Assembly (NCBI GenBank): GCA_976551045.1
Contig: CDPCPM010000280.1
Span: forward strand, 1,612,001 to 1,676,000
DNA length: 64,000 nucleotides
Direction of reading: 5' to 3'
Origin: Glaucostegus cemiculus
Taxonomy: Eukaryota
Shown here: piece by piece, positions 52,104 through 63,697 of the stretch
Layout: the number at the start of each line of letters is the position of its first letter
Position numbering within the stretch: the first letter of the stretch is position 1
Program-made: the position numbers and the translations under genes
Notes under the pieces: generated by a model
Told to the model about the DNA's origin: nothing
Database searches by the model: none
The model's input: only the letters and a program-made list of their open reading frames with translations

Positions 52104-53164
52104 GTTAGCAACTCTTCCTATGGCTCACAATTGAATGCTGATCTATCCACTGTAAATGTACCTTCTTTCTCCTTTCCCTTTTGTGATCACTATTTGGGCA
52201 GTAATTTGTCTGACAGAAAAGATTATCTTTCAGATTTTCTATTCTGGCAATTTTTTAAAGACTCTTAGTTCTAATCTTAAACTCATAAAGAATGAAAAAT
52301 GGGAAAAAAATCTCTGCAGACATTAAGTGATTAACAGTTTCCTGCTGTATCTAGTGCTATGATCTGACCTTATAAACCGATAGCCTCCCACTAAGGGTAC
52401 TAAAGGAGATTCAGCAAGTCTGCTGCAGTGTGTGAATAACAGAATTTAATGAGCCATTACTTCACAATTATAATTTAACGCCGCTTACTTCCACTGCCCC
52501 CTCTGTCTCATCCTCCTCTTGATCATTACTGCTGACTTCAATTCTCTTCATTTCACTTAATTGGTGCCAGTTAAGGGGGTCTGTGACAAGTCTGTGTATT
52601 TTTTTACCCCAGCATGCTGTAGTCAAGGTGCTGATAATTGCACAATTGCTATGTGCAAGGTAAGACCAGTCTCATGCATCCCGGCACTCTCTGACTCTGC
52701 TAATTGGATTTCAGATTATTAGAATGCTGCAGTGTCACCCACCAAATGAGAAGGTTAGATAATCTCAACGTACCTTTTTATTATTAAGGACAAAAGGAGG
52801 CAATAATTGAAATGGCATTGTAGTTTATAATTAATGGCTTGTGTTTCCCAGCAGCAATAAAGGTCAATTTTCCACAAGATGGTTTTAAGTGCTTGGCAGT
52901 ACAATTTCACTGAGAGACCTGCAGGAAATGGACTCATTTTAATTGTGGGCTGCAGACATCTTTTTTTTTGGAGTGTGAATTGTTGGAAATGGATGAGGAG
53001 TTGGTTTAGTGTTGAATTCTCACAACCCCAGTGATCCAGAAGCTGTATCTTTTTCCATACTCTTCAGAGGTGTATCCTGAAAGATAACAACTGCCCTGTC
53101 CAGATAATTTATTATAATTTTCATTAAATTATCTTCAAAATTGAAGCTATTACAACAATTGAAT

Positions 53165-53530
53165 ATAGAAAGTTATTAGGTAATGTGTTTGAGATGATTA
53201 AAATGATTAAAGGAGTTGATAGGGTGGATAGAAAAGATGGATATCCCGTAACGAGGAAGCCTAGAACAGGAAGGCAAACCCTTAAAATCAGAGCTAAGTC
53301 TTTGATGGATAATGTCTTGAAGCACTTAAGTCATGAAAAAGATGATGGAAATGTGATCATTTTATCCTAAAAAGGCTTTGAGGTCATGGTCAATTGAAAA
53401 TTCGGTTTCACAGAATTTTGTGAGGCAAGAACATTAGGGGATATGGAGCCAGGACAGTTAATTAAAGTCAATGCACAAACCAACCTTGATCTAACTGAAT
53501 GGTGCAAAAGGCTCAAGACGTGAATGGCCC
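53165..53530 (+). mobile_element. CR1 3' remnant
   Basis: EMIKMIKGVDRVDR; ccttgatctaactgaatggtg...gaatggcc tail. Confidence 0.7.
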
Positions 53531-53744
53531 ATTCCCATGCTATATTCTTTACTATAACAGCTATTTGCATTCATTCATTATCTTTAACACAACAAAATAT
53601 CACAAGGTACTTCACTGCTGGATTATCAGGCAAAATTTGGCACAAAAGTTAGCTGAGAAGATACCACAGAGATGACCAAAGTGGAAGGTTACACGGAGTA
53701 TCCTGATGAGATCATTATATTTAACAACATACAGTTTACATATA

Positions 53745-55420
53745 AAAACAGAAAATGCTAAAGAGACTCAGCAGGTCAGGCAACACCTGTGAAGAGAGAA
53801 ACAGAGTTAATGTTTCAGTTCAAAGGAAAAATGAGAAAAGAAACGTGCTTTAAGTTGCAAGGAGGGGAAGGGGTGGAGATAACCAAGGGAATGTTTGTGA
53901 TTAGGTGGAAACCAAGATTGTCCAAGTGACAAGAATGGTGTCATCAATCCTTCTAAATCATAACTGATCTGTCTTGAGCAGCCTAAATAGAGGGAGATGA
54001 ATAAGGGGAATAGAGAGAAAAAAGCAACAACGCTAAACCTGCAAGATGCAAAACAAGTCGCTGAATATATGAAATAAATGAGAATGCTGGAAATACTCAG
54101 CAGATCAGGCAGCAGCTGTGGAGAGTGAAAAATGAGTTAGTGTTGCAGATGAAAGACGTTACGTCAGAACCAACCGGTTCAGACACACACCAGGAGGACT
54201 GGTTTTCTGAATTTGTTGAATTCAATACTGAGTCCTGAGCACTGCTGTGTGCCTAAAGAGACGAAGAGGTCATGTTCCTGGACCTTATATTTGCTTGGAA
54301 GGGTATGGGATGCTAAAAGCAGAGGTCAGAGTAGAAGTGCAATGGAGAACTAAAGCAACAGGCAACTGGAACACAGGAATACCCTTGCAGACTAAATGGA
54401 GGTGTTCTGAAAACCAGTCACCCAGTTTACATTTGGTTTCTCCAGTGGAGAAGACACTATATTGTGAGCACCAAATGCAATGCACAAAGTTTGGCTGAAT
54501 TGCTGCTTCATCTGGAAGGACTGTTTGGATCCCTGGATGGTGGGAAGAATAGAGGTAAAAAAAAAGCAGGCATTACAGATCTTCTGCTTACATTGAAAGG
54601 TACCGTCTGAAGGGGAGTGCTTGCTGGAGGTGGAAGGGAGAACAGGAAGGAACAGGAGGGAGGGAACAGTTACTCCGTCTGCATGGAGGAGAGAGGAAGA
54701 AATATATGGTAGTTGAAGGTAATGGAGGATATTCTGTTGAAAGTGGAGGTTGGTGAGATGGAATTGAGGACAAGGGAAACCCTATGCTTGCTTTGGTTCA
54801 GTGAGAGTAGTAATGTGGGAAAGAGAGGAAGTGCCATTGTTAACTATGCCAAAGGGGAAGTTACAGTCAGGGAAGACATCAAAGAAACATTGGTTTGGAA
54901 AGTCTTGTCATCAGGACAGAAACAATGGAGTCAGAAAACTGGAAAAGTGGAGGTATGTAGTGACTTACAGCACTTTGGTGCACCATATCCACAACCACCT
55001 CTTTGCCCATTACACTAATCCCATTTGTCTGGATTAGGACTATATAGTCAAAATAGCTGCAGGAGTTTGTGGGCTTGTAATGGATATTGGTAGCTAACCT
55101 GTCCCCTGAAGTGGAAATAGAGAAGTCACGAAAGGAAAGGAAAGAGTCAGTAAGGTCCAATTGAAGTGAAAGCAGGCTAGAAATTTGTGGAAGATTTGTA
55201 AATCAATCTTTGAATTCACCTATCACAGATTTTTGCTTTGTTTATTCCACCCCTCACCCTCTCTGTGCTTATTTGTCTTCTCATTTTTCCAGCTCTAATG
55301 AAAAGTCATTGACATGAAACATTGACTTTGTTTCTCTCTCTCCACAGATGCTGCCTGACCTGCTGGCTATCTCCGGCATTTTCTGTTTTTATTTCAGGTT
55401 TCCAGCTTCTGTACTTTTGT
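53745..55420 (-). mobile_element. Penelope-like element (RT C-terminus and GIY-YIG) with tandem and inverted pLTR-type repeats
   Basis: Minus-strand ORFs LSFRDFSISTSGDRLATNIHYKPTNSCSYFDY and CIWCSQ..FSTGETKCKLGDWFSEHL..LPVA. Repeat actcagcaggtcaggca at ~53767 and ~54095, inverted at ~55350-55380. Confidence 0.88.
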
Positions 55421-56716
55421 TTTGCTTTTCGATTCCAGTTTGCATGTGGCTTTGTCAAACTTGCTACAATGTAAATTCAGCCTCCATTTTGCCCATTTTC
55501 TGGACAGAGAATTTACTTTCTACAGAATGTCTTTTTAATTAACTACCTGTTATTTCAACAAAACCTATTTTCAGTTTTTGTTATGTAGATGTCAAAACCT
55601 CAATAGTTGTGTTTCTCAAATCAGCTCAAATCATGCCGTGTGCAGCTTTCTGATTAACAGGAGACTGCATGTAGACTGCTTCCTGAACAAATTAAATTTT
55701 ACTTTATACACAAATCCAATTAAAGGTTTTACCAAGATTGACAATACTGTTTAGTGAGAGATGGAAGAATTTTCATGTATAGTTTTGCAAGTTAATTATT
55801 TAAACTTTTGGACAACTTAGCTCTTTATGTCACTGGTTAATCCTGCTAATGAGACTAATTTAGCCATCTGATGCTTAATTTACAGGAACCATTTGAACAT
55901 CACAATTGAGGAAGCAAACATTCAAAAATGATGGTAATAAGGTGTTAGCAGAATATACCAGTGTAAGGAGAGAAAGTGCTGTGAACTCAGTTAACACTGT
56001 GGTCCAGAAACTCTCTCATGTAGGCCAAAGTTTGGTGTGCCATGTGAGTGAATTTAATTGATAATTCAATTGTGCACACACTTCCCCTAGCTTGGCAAGG
56101 ATCTTCTGTACCTATGCCACAGAACACAGGGATATGTCCGGGGACACACAGTGATGTCAAACAATATATGCAGCAGAAGTTTATTTGCATATTTGAAGTC
56201 TGCGACTGGCTTGGCCACACACACTGAAGCAGGCCTAACCAGACTGTTGAGGTACCAACCTTCGCTGTGGAGTCTTGGGTGCTGATAGTCTTGCAGATAT
56301 ATCCTCACTGAAGTACATATTTGGTGTTTCGTCCAGCATCCATTCCTGTTTCACCCTTGCTGCTGAGTCCTGAGGCTGTCAATTGTGCAGCTAATTCACA
56401 CCACTACCAGCTGATTAGGTATACAACTCTCCCGTTTCCCAAATGCCTTTTTCTCTTGACGCCAGGCACGAATCTTTCCTAACCCTGTTGCTGGCCTCCA
56501 CCTTCATGTCCCTGCCACAGAAGTCCATGGCATAATGGATGTCTTCTGCTATCTCTGCACTGGCAAAGCTAGTAGTGAAAAGAACTCTCTGTGTGGAAGG
56601 TCTGTTCCAATATGAGTGAGGATTTTGGCCTTGGTCACAAATTATGTTTTCTGCCCATGTCCCCTGCATAGCATCACATTAACATGCCTTTTCTCCCTCT
56701 GTGAAGATATTGCCAG

Positions 56717-56937
56717 NNNNNNNNNNNNNNNNNNNNNNNNNNNNNNNNNNNNNNNNNNNNNNNNNNNNNNNNNNNNNNNNNNNNNNNNNNNNNNNNNNNN
56801 NNNNNNNNNNNNNNNNNNNNNNNNNNNNNNNNNNNNNNNNNNNNNNNNNNNNNNNNNNNNNNNNNNNNNNNNNNNNNNNNNNNNNNNNNNNNNNNNNNNN
56901 NNNNNNNNNNNNNNNNNNNNNNNNNNNNNNNNNNNNN
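56717..56937. other. Assembly gap (221 N), followed by a C/T low-complexity tract
   Basis: Run of N; (ccct/ct)-rich 56938-57018. Confidence 0.99.
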
Positions 56938-57209
56938 CCCTCCCCTCCCCTTCTCCCCCCCCTCCCCTCCCCTTCTCCCCCTCCCTCTCTGTCTCCCCCT
57001 CTCTCTCTCTGTCTCCTTTTATTTACATCCCAAATATCCAAGTTCATTGAAGGAGGTGGTAGAGAAATTGGTAGGAGAGTCACTTGCATCTTGTCATCCT
57101 CCAGCCCTGTCCCAATTCACCTATTAATGCACAGCTGCACAATGATGCTGATTTAGGGCATCAAGAGCCAAGAAAAGGGAAAGAAGTAAAATCAGAACAG
57201 AAAAGGAGA

Positions 57210-57300
57210 GGGTTCTGATGGCTCAGACTTGAAACATTAACTTACTTCTCTTTCTATAGATGCTGCCTGGCCCACCGAGTTTTCCCAGTATTTTCTGTGT
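57210..57300 (+). mobile_element. Solo Penelope pLTR-type repeat with degenerate hammerhead core
   Basis: ttctgatg...gaaacattaact...agatgctgcctggcccaccgagttttcccagtattttctg, homologous to 55295-55390. Confidence 0.7.
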
Positions 57301-57495
57301 ATAAAGGAGTGGAGGCAGAGAATATCTTAACGTGCACAAATGTAACCCTGCCCTTAGCTAAGTCTGTCTGGGTGGCCTTGCTTTGTTTACACCTCCAATA
57401 TGAAGATTGAGTGAACATATTAACTTAGGCTGATGTCAACACTGAGTTACGTTATTTACTTTTATTATAACTGGTTTAAACTGATTTTTTTGCAG

Positions 57496-57525
57496 ACCCA
57501 AAGAGGAGTGGACCATTACTTTTGG
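57496..57525 (+). CDS. Candidate 30-nt micro-exon, phase 0->0 (TQRGVDHYFW)
   Basis: ctgatttttttgcag| ... tgg|gtaatg. Splice-signal evidence only. Confidence 0.25.
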
Positions 57526-57869
57526 GTAATGTGAAGTGATGTCTCTGTTATTTTTTGTGTGGAATAGGACAACAGGAGCTGTGATGGCAGGAGTTCTGAG
57601 CAGATAGGTTGCTTTGCACCAGTGATAGTTGGTGTCTATGAAAGGACTGAGACTACAGTGACTCCTATAAAACCTCCCTTACGCAGGAACTTGGAAAAAT
57701 GGCCATAAAATAACCAAAAGAAAGTGTAATGATAGCTAAATCTAATCAGAATGACCCAAGTGACCATCATTTGAACCCATGAGCTTGGATGTTAGTTTTT
57801 CAATTATTCTTAGTGACTACAGTCTGGTGTTATTCAGAACATGTTTTAATTCTGATGGTTTTGCATCTG

Positions 57870-58265
57870 AGCTCCTGCCTCTGAAACCTCTGGATACCTT
57901 TAACAGTTGCTGTTCTAGTGGGTTGTCCATCCTGTCTCGGTGCCCCTTGTGGCCTGGTCCCTCCACATCTCTGTAACCTCCTCCATACTTTAAACCACGA
58001 GCAGCGCGACTTCCCTTTCCCAGAGCTTCCCAGTCCCACAGGCCTAGCCTCCTCACCCTCACCATTTCTGAAAAATATCTATTACATTTCTTTGCCCATC
58101 TTTCATCCTTTAAGACCTTCTTAAAAAAAGTCTTGTTCACCAAACCTTTGGTCACCATTCCTAATACCTCCTTTGATACAGTGTTCATTTTCAATTCATC
58201 AACACTTTGTGAAGCACCTTGAATGCATTACAAAGTTAAGGGCACTGTATATATCCAAGCCCTTG
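57870..58265 (+). mobile_element. L2-like LINE 3' end
   Basis: catctctgtaacctcctcca...cctttaagaccttcttaaaa...caaacctttggtcac...tgtgaagcacctt...gttaagggcactgtatat. Confidence 0.7.
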
Positions 58266-58539
58266 TGGTGAATGAAGCACTCATCTTTCATCCTCAATCC
58301 TACTGAATTACTGATGAAGGAAGCCAGGTTTTTCTCAGTCCCCTGTAGATTTCTATAGTAAGAAAACAGCTGAGAGCAGCACAAACTAAACTAAAGATAC
58401 GTTTTGCACCACAGGGATATGGTGCTGGAGAATCATCATTAACGGGATAGGAAAGATGTTTGTATACCAGGCATTATGGGAATGTTGCATTGCAGTAGGT
58501 CGAGGAAAGTGTGGAACAGGAACATAAAGGATGTTCCGC

Positions 58540-58860
58540 ACAAGTGACTGCGGATGCTGGAATCTGGAGCAACAAGTAATCTGCTGGGGGAACTCAGCAG
58601 GTCGAGCAGCATCTGTGGGAGGAAAGGAATTGTCGACGTTTTGGGGTGACAGGATTCCGAGGGGATAGGTCACCTGAGGATGGGTGTAGGGTGACAAGTG
58701 GGTAGAACCAGGGAGGGGCAGGGCGGGAGGGTGGAGTTGGAAGACCGTGGCAGGTGAATGATATATGGGGGCAGACGAAGAGAGAGGGGAAAAAGGCAAA
58801 AAAGACAACAGATGGAGCAAGATGGGGTGGGGGGAGTGTGAAGATAGGGGGCAACTGCTG
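58540..58860 (-). mobile_element. Penelope pLTR-derived repeat
   Basis: ggatgctggaatctggagcaac...aactcagcaggtcgagcagcatctgtgggaggaaagg..gtcgacgtttt, followed by a purine-rich tract. Confidence 0.75.
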
Positions 58861-58984
58861 AAGATATAAAGGACATAGACATGGATAAGGATATCAGTAT
58901 TGCCTCATCTTGGCCATTGGGTACACCACTAAAGAACTGGCCACACGGACAAGACAGACAGGGAATGACTGGGAAAGCTCAGCC

Positions 58985-59645
58985 TCTTTAAGGAGACTCA
59001 GTCTTAGATATATCTGCTCATCTCAATACCTCTTGAATGTTGTGAGAGTCCACCACTCCTTCCTCAGGCAGTGTGTTCCAGCTTTCAGCCACACTCTGGG
59101 GGAAAAAATTCTTTGTCAAACCCCCATTTGATCTCCTATCCCTTACCTTGAACCTATGCCCTTTGGTTATAGACACCTCTGCCAAGGGAGGAAGTTTCTC
59201 ACTACCTACCCTATCTATCCCTCTCATAATTCTGTACACCTCCGTCAGGTCCCTCCTCCATGCCAAGAAAAGCAAACCCAGCTGATCAGGTCTCTCCTCT
59301 CAGTCAAAATGCTGCATCCCAGACAACATACTGATAAATCTCCTCTGTATCTGCTCCAGGGAAGGCACATCCTTCCTGTAGTGTGGCGACCAGAACTGTA
59401 GACAGTACGCCAGCTGTGGCCTAACCAAAGTTTTATATCGTTGTACTATAATCTCACTGCTCTTATATTCTATGTCCCGGCTAATGAGGACAAGTATGCC
59501 GTATGCCGTCTTAATCACTTTATCTACCCATGCTCCTGCCTTCAGGGAGTCTTGGACATGTACACCAAGGTCCCTCTGTTCATCAGCACTTCCTAGAAAC
59601 TTACCATTCATTACATGCTTCATAGCCTCATTAGTCCTCCCAAAG
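58985..59645 (-). mobile_element. CR1 LINE 3' portion
   Basis: EQRDLGVHVQDSLK, RYKTLVRPQLAYCLQFWSPHYRKD, DLTEVYRIMRGIDRV, NFFPQSVAESWNTLP. Confidence 0.93.
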
Positions 59646-60164
59646 CCATCACCAAAGCAGTGCTAATTACCAGGGACCTCTATTTACTTCTGACAACCAA
59701 CATTACAATGGTAGTGGAAGGAGGACTTTAACCTTTAAAAGTTGTGAATCCTGTCCAGTTGATTGTTCTGTGAACAATCTTTCACACAATAGCATTTATT
59801 TTTTAATTTCTCTTTTACTTGTATTTCCAAGCTACGCTACAGCAAATACTTTCCTCCAACTCCAGCAAAGGCTGGAGATCCACCAAATATATTCAAATGG
59901 GGGCTGGGATCTGGGATCTGGGATCTTTGTGGCAGGTGGAAATGCCACCACATCAAGGAGCTACCCTGATCTTACTCTGGCTGAGTATTTGCACATCTAT
60001 GTTTCCATTCACCTTTTAAATCTCTTTGCAGACTTTCAGATAACACATCGCATTAGAAGAAACAGGTGTACGTTAATGTTCATGTCGTTACACAAGCATT
60101 GTTAGTGTTAGAACACAGAGAATGGAGCAGGAGTAGGTCACTGGGCCCCTCAAGCTGCTCCCTC

Positions 60165-60960
60165 ACTTCATCATCTTACACAGTCCCTCAGAATCAAGGG
60201 TAACTTGCTTCCACTGTAGGGTTACAGGTTTGAAGACGCCCAATGAGATCAACATGGGAACCACAGATGGGACAAGGTACGTCTGGCGGGATGGGTGGCT
60301 AGGTGGTAGCTTGTGAGGTGGCTCACTCCTTCCGCTATTTATGCTGACCTTCTGTGGGGTAACACAGAGGTCAGCATAAATAGCCACTTCAGGGACTTGG
60401 TGTTTTCAACACCATCCCAAATGCTTCTCTGCTTTGAGCGTTTGTGCAGCAGGGATTCCCAAGAGTCAGTGGGGCATGTTTTTCAAGGAGATTTTGAAGA
60501 CATCCTTGAACCTTTTCCTCTGTCCACCTGGTTATCTGTTCCTGTAACAGAGCTTAGAAGAGAGTGTCTGCTTCAGGAGACTGGTGCTGGGCACGTAATG
60601 ACAGGAGACTGGTGCTGGATACGTAATGACAGGAGACTGGTGTTGGGCACGTAATGACACGGACTGGGTAAAAGCTGACTGAGGTAACTATGGCTTCAGT
60701 GCTGGGGGTGTTGCCCTGAGAGATGACATTTTCATTGGTTTGCTTGTCCTTCCAAGACATTTGAAGGATCTTGCAGAGATGGCACTGATAGAACCTTTCC
60801 ATTATCTTGAAATGCCTGCTTTGGATAGTTCAGGTCTCAGGAGTATATGAGAGGGCAGGGATTACAGCTGCCTGGTAGACCATCAGTTTTGTGCCAGGTT
60901 TGAAGTATTGATCTTTGAACAGCATTTATCTCAATTAACCAAAGACTGTGCTGGTGCTTT
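60165..60960 (-). mobile_element. RTE LINE 3' portion inserted into a CR1 tail
   Basis: Minus strand reads TKLMVYQAAVIPALSY and ERFYQCHLCKILQMSWKDKQTN. The CR1 tail is split into 60105-60160 and 60961-61250. Confidence 0.85.
60574..60657. repeat. 28-bp tandem repeat x3 inside the RTE
   Basis: caggagactggtgctgggcacgtaatga three times, with 1-2 mismatches per unit. Confidence 0.95.
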
Positions 60961-61250
60961 TAATGGGATCATGGCTGAGCTGATTGTAGCCTCCATGCTC
61001 CTGTCTATCCTTGGTTACCTTTCACCCCCTTTCTTATCAAGTATCCGTCTACCTCTACTCTAACAATATTCAAGGACTCTGCTTGCGCCACCCTTTGAGG
61101 AAGAGAGTTCCAAAGACTCATGACCCACCAGAAAAAAAAACCTCATTTCTGTCTTAAATGGGCTAATCATTACTTTTTAAACAGTAACCAAAAGTTCTCC
61201 CACAAGAGGAAACATCCTCACCAAACCTATCCTGTCAAGACCTCTCAGTT
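60961..61250 (-). mobile_element. CR1 3' region (continuation of 60105-60160)
   Basis: gatcatggctga...ttcaaggactctgc...gaggaagagagttccaaagactc...tctgtcttaaatggg. Confidence 0.75.
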
Positions 61251-63177
61251 CTTCAGCAACACAGAGCTGACAAACTGCCACAACCTTTCCACCCACCTCT
61301 TCATATAGCTGGCTAGTCATTCTCTATGATGCTAATTGGTATCACGGTGAACAGGTACTCTGTAACTAGATGGCAATAGAATAATGTGATGGAGGAGCAG
61401 CATGCATTGCATAGAATGCTTTGCATAGAAATGTGTCAATTGCTCCACACAAGCCTCCTTTCAATCTTACCTGCTTCATCTGGCCCTATTAGAAATTGAA
61501 CTCTTATGTGTTATTCAAATACCCCTTAAATGCTTTGAACACCATAGGTAGGTTCCAGTGGTCTTCCTCAGAATGAATCAGCTAACTTGATATCTTTTCA
61601 TGTTTCATTTAAAATGGAATGATTTTTAAGAGCAGTTGACTCTAGTCAAACCAAGTTGTAGGGCCTTTTTGCGCTTTTTTTTTCATCTTAGCGTCTCACT
61701 ATCATTTTTTGGTAAGTTTATTACACTAACTGAAATGGCTGTCAATTTGCCTCTCCGTACAGTATGTTTGACAGTCTACAGCAAATCATATAGCTTTAAA
61801 GCTCAATCTACCATTGGCACTACATGGCCTCAGTTCATTATTGGTTCTCTGTATCAAACTGGACATCCATTGTACCTTGTAGATCATGACTTGGTCACGG
61901 AATGAAGGCAATACTTCCTAGTCTGCTTGTTAGGATGAACTGGCCCCACTAAAGTTGACAGGAATGGTTTGAATGTCCCTCAGCCCACTACAGGTGGTGG
62001 ATTGAGACCTCTTGTCCATATTGATCATAACAAATCCAAGCGCATTCTGTTTTTTTTCTTTACTACATCTAACAACGAAACAAGGAAAAGATGACGCTCT
62101 GGAATGAGAGCATTTACAAGACAGTCTCTTAAAGCCCAGCATATATCTTTTAAGTTTGAAAACGGTTTTCAGCTGGGCTATTTATCAATGCTCTCCAAGA
62201 TACTTCCAAGGGGCCTCTGGCCCAGAAAACAGGCTTCCAGTTTTTATTCTAGGTTAGAAAGTAGATTTAAAGCTAAAATAAGTTTACTGTTGAGACCTGG
62301 CAAAGAATGGAGCTTATTTGGTAGCAGCCTCACCATAACAGTAACACCCTGGTAACAGTCAAAGGATTGTGGTCTCAAGGATGACCTTGTCCTGAGGACG
62401 TGTAAGATGCTTTAATTTCACCTTAACTCATTTGAATGTAAATGGCATTTAACATTCCAGACCAGCCTTGCTTTAAGAAATTAAATTCCCAGAATCGTAT
62501 TAGGCAGATAAATGCAGGCCTTAGATTAGGCGATTTTTTAAAAAATGGTAGTTGCAGCTTTCATCTTTACAAGTCGCTGATGACTATAAGTTCATTTGCA
62601 GAGGTAGGGATGGGGGTAGAAAGCACTGATTCTGGGGTAACACTTTTCCCACAGAATTGCATATGCTTCTGAAAAAATAAATCCCAGCAGATTTTACTCA
62701 AATTTCTCCGAGACATCCATTTTCATTGACCCTGTCCTTGGGTTATCAGTAGAAAATGTGTTCCATTTGCTTCGTGGGTGTGAGACACAAAAGGGAAAAA
62801 GAATGCTGCATCCATCAGCTAATGCTGGGAAGTAGCAACTCTGAACAACATCCTTTACAAAAGATCGGGCCTGAGAGCTGCTCTGCCCTTGAAAATGCAT
62901 CTGGCAGTTCTGCACGCTGCACACAGGATACCAGCTTTGCTGACTTACGCAGAAATATTTTTGAAATGTCCTTTCAAGAGCCTAAAACCTCACATTAACT
63001 GAAGCCATAAGTTCAGAGAATATAATGCTGCTGTTTGTGCTGGGGAAGAAGCAGATTCTGTTGCTTCTGCAGTAAACAGTGGCTCGCGCTGGGCAGACAC
63101 CAGTGGCCCATTGGTGTCTCATCCTAGCCTTGTATTGTCTTGTTATTCAAATGCAGAAATGATCCTTTTCTCTTCAG

Positions 63178-63211
63178 TTGTTGGAATTTTCACCTCTTGA
63201 GCCTAAAGACT
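63178..63211 (+). CDS. Candidate 34-nt micro-exon, phase 0->1 (LLEFSPLEPKD)
   Basis: gatccttttctcttcag| ... act|gtgagt. Splice-signal evidence only. Confidence 0.3.
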
Positions 63212-63279
63212 GTGAGTTTCTCCCACACCAGAGAATTCAACACAAGAATTCAGGCTGGTATTCTGGTGCAGACTGACAA

Positions 63280-63580
63280 AGCATCAGCCTTTGGATGCCC
63301 TGCCTGCTCTCTCAGGTGGTTGCAGAAGCTGGCACGCTTTCAAGAAAAAGCAGAAATCCCAAGCATCCTGCTCAGTATTTATCTCTCAATCTTCATTGCT
63401 AAAACAAATAATTTGATCTTTAATGCACTGCTGTTTGTGGAATCTTGATGTGCACATGTAGGCTGTTGCTTTTCCTGCACTACATCATGTCTCCCCTGCA
63501 GAAAGATACTTTATTGGCTGAAAGGCACTTTGTTACATTCTGAGGTTGTGGAAGATGCTATGGGAATGCAAGCTTTTATG
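63280..63580 (+). mobile_element. DeuSINE-like, degraded
   Basis: cctgcctgctctctcaggtgg...atttatctctcaatc...gctgtttgtggaatcttgatgtgcac...ttattggctg.aaggcactttg...tgaggttgtg. Confidence 0.7.
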
Positions 63581-63697
63581 TTGCCATTGCAGCCTTCATT
63601 TCTAGCAGTTAACCCATATACTGTGCACACAGAGATGATCTTATAAGAACCATCTTGGTGCACAACAGAAATAAACAACTTCTAGTTACTTAGCATA

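Noticed and set aside
56616-57156. ORFs of 136-151 aa in the track
   Set aside because: Artefacts of translating through the N gap and low-complexity sequence.
60032-60065. Possible 34-nt exon (tctctttgcag|...cag|gtgtac)
   Set aside because: Weak donor, stops in two of three frames, and it does not fit the phase chain.
60574-60657. 28-bp repeats resembling a CRISPR array
   Set aside because: The units are head-to-tail with no spacers, lie inside an RTE LINE, and the context is vertebrate with no cas genes.
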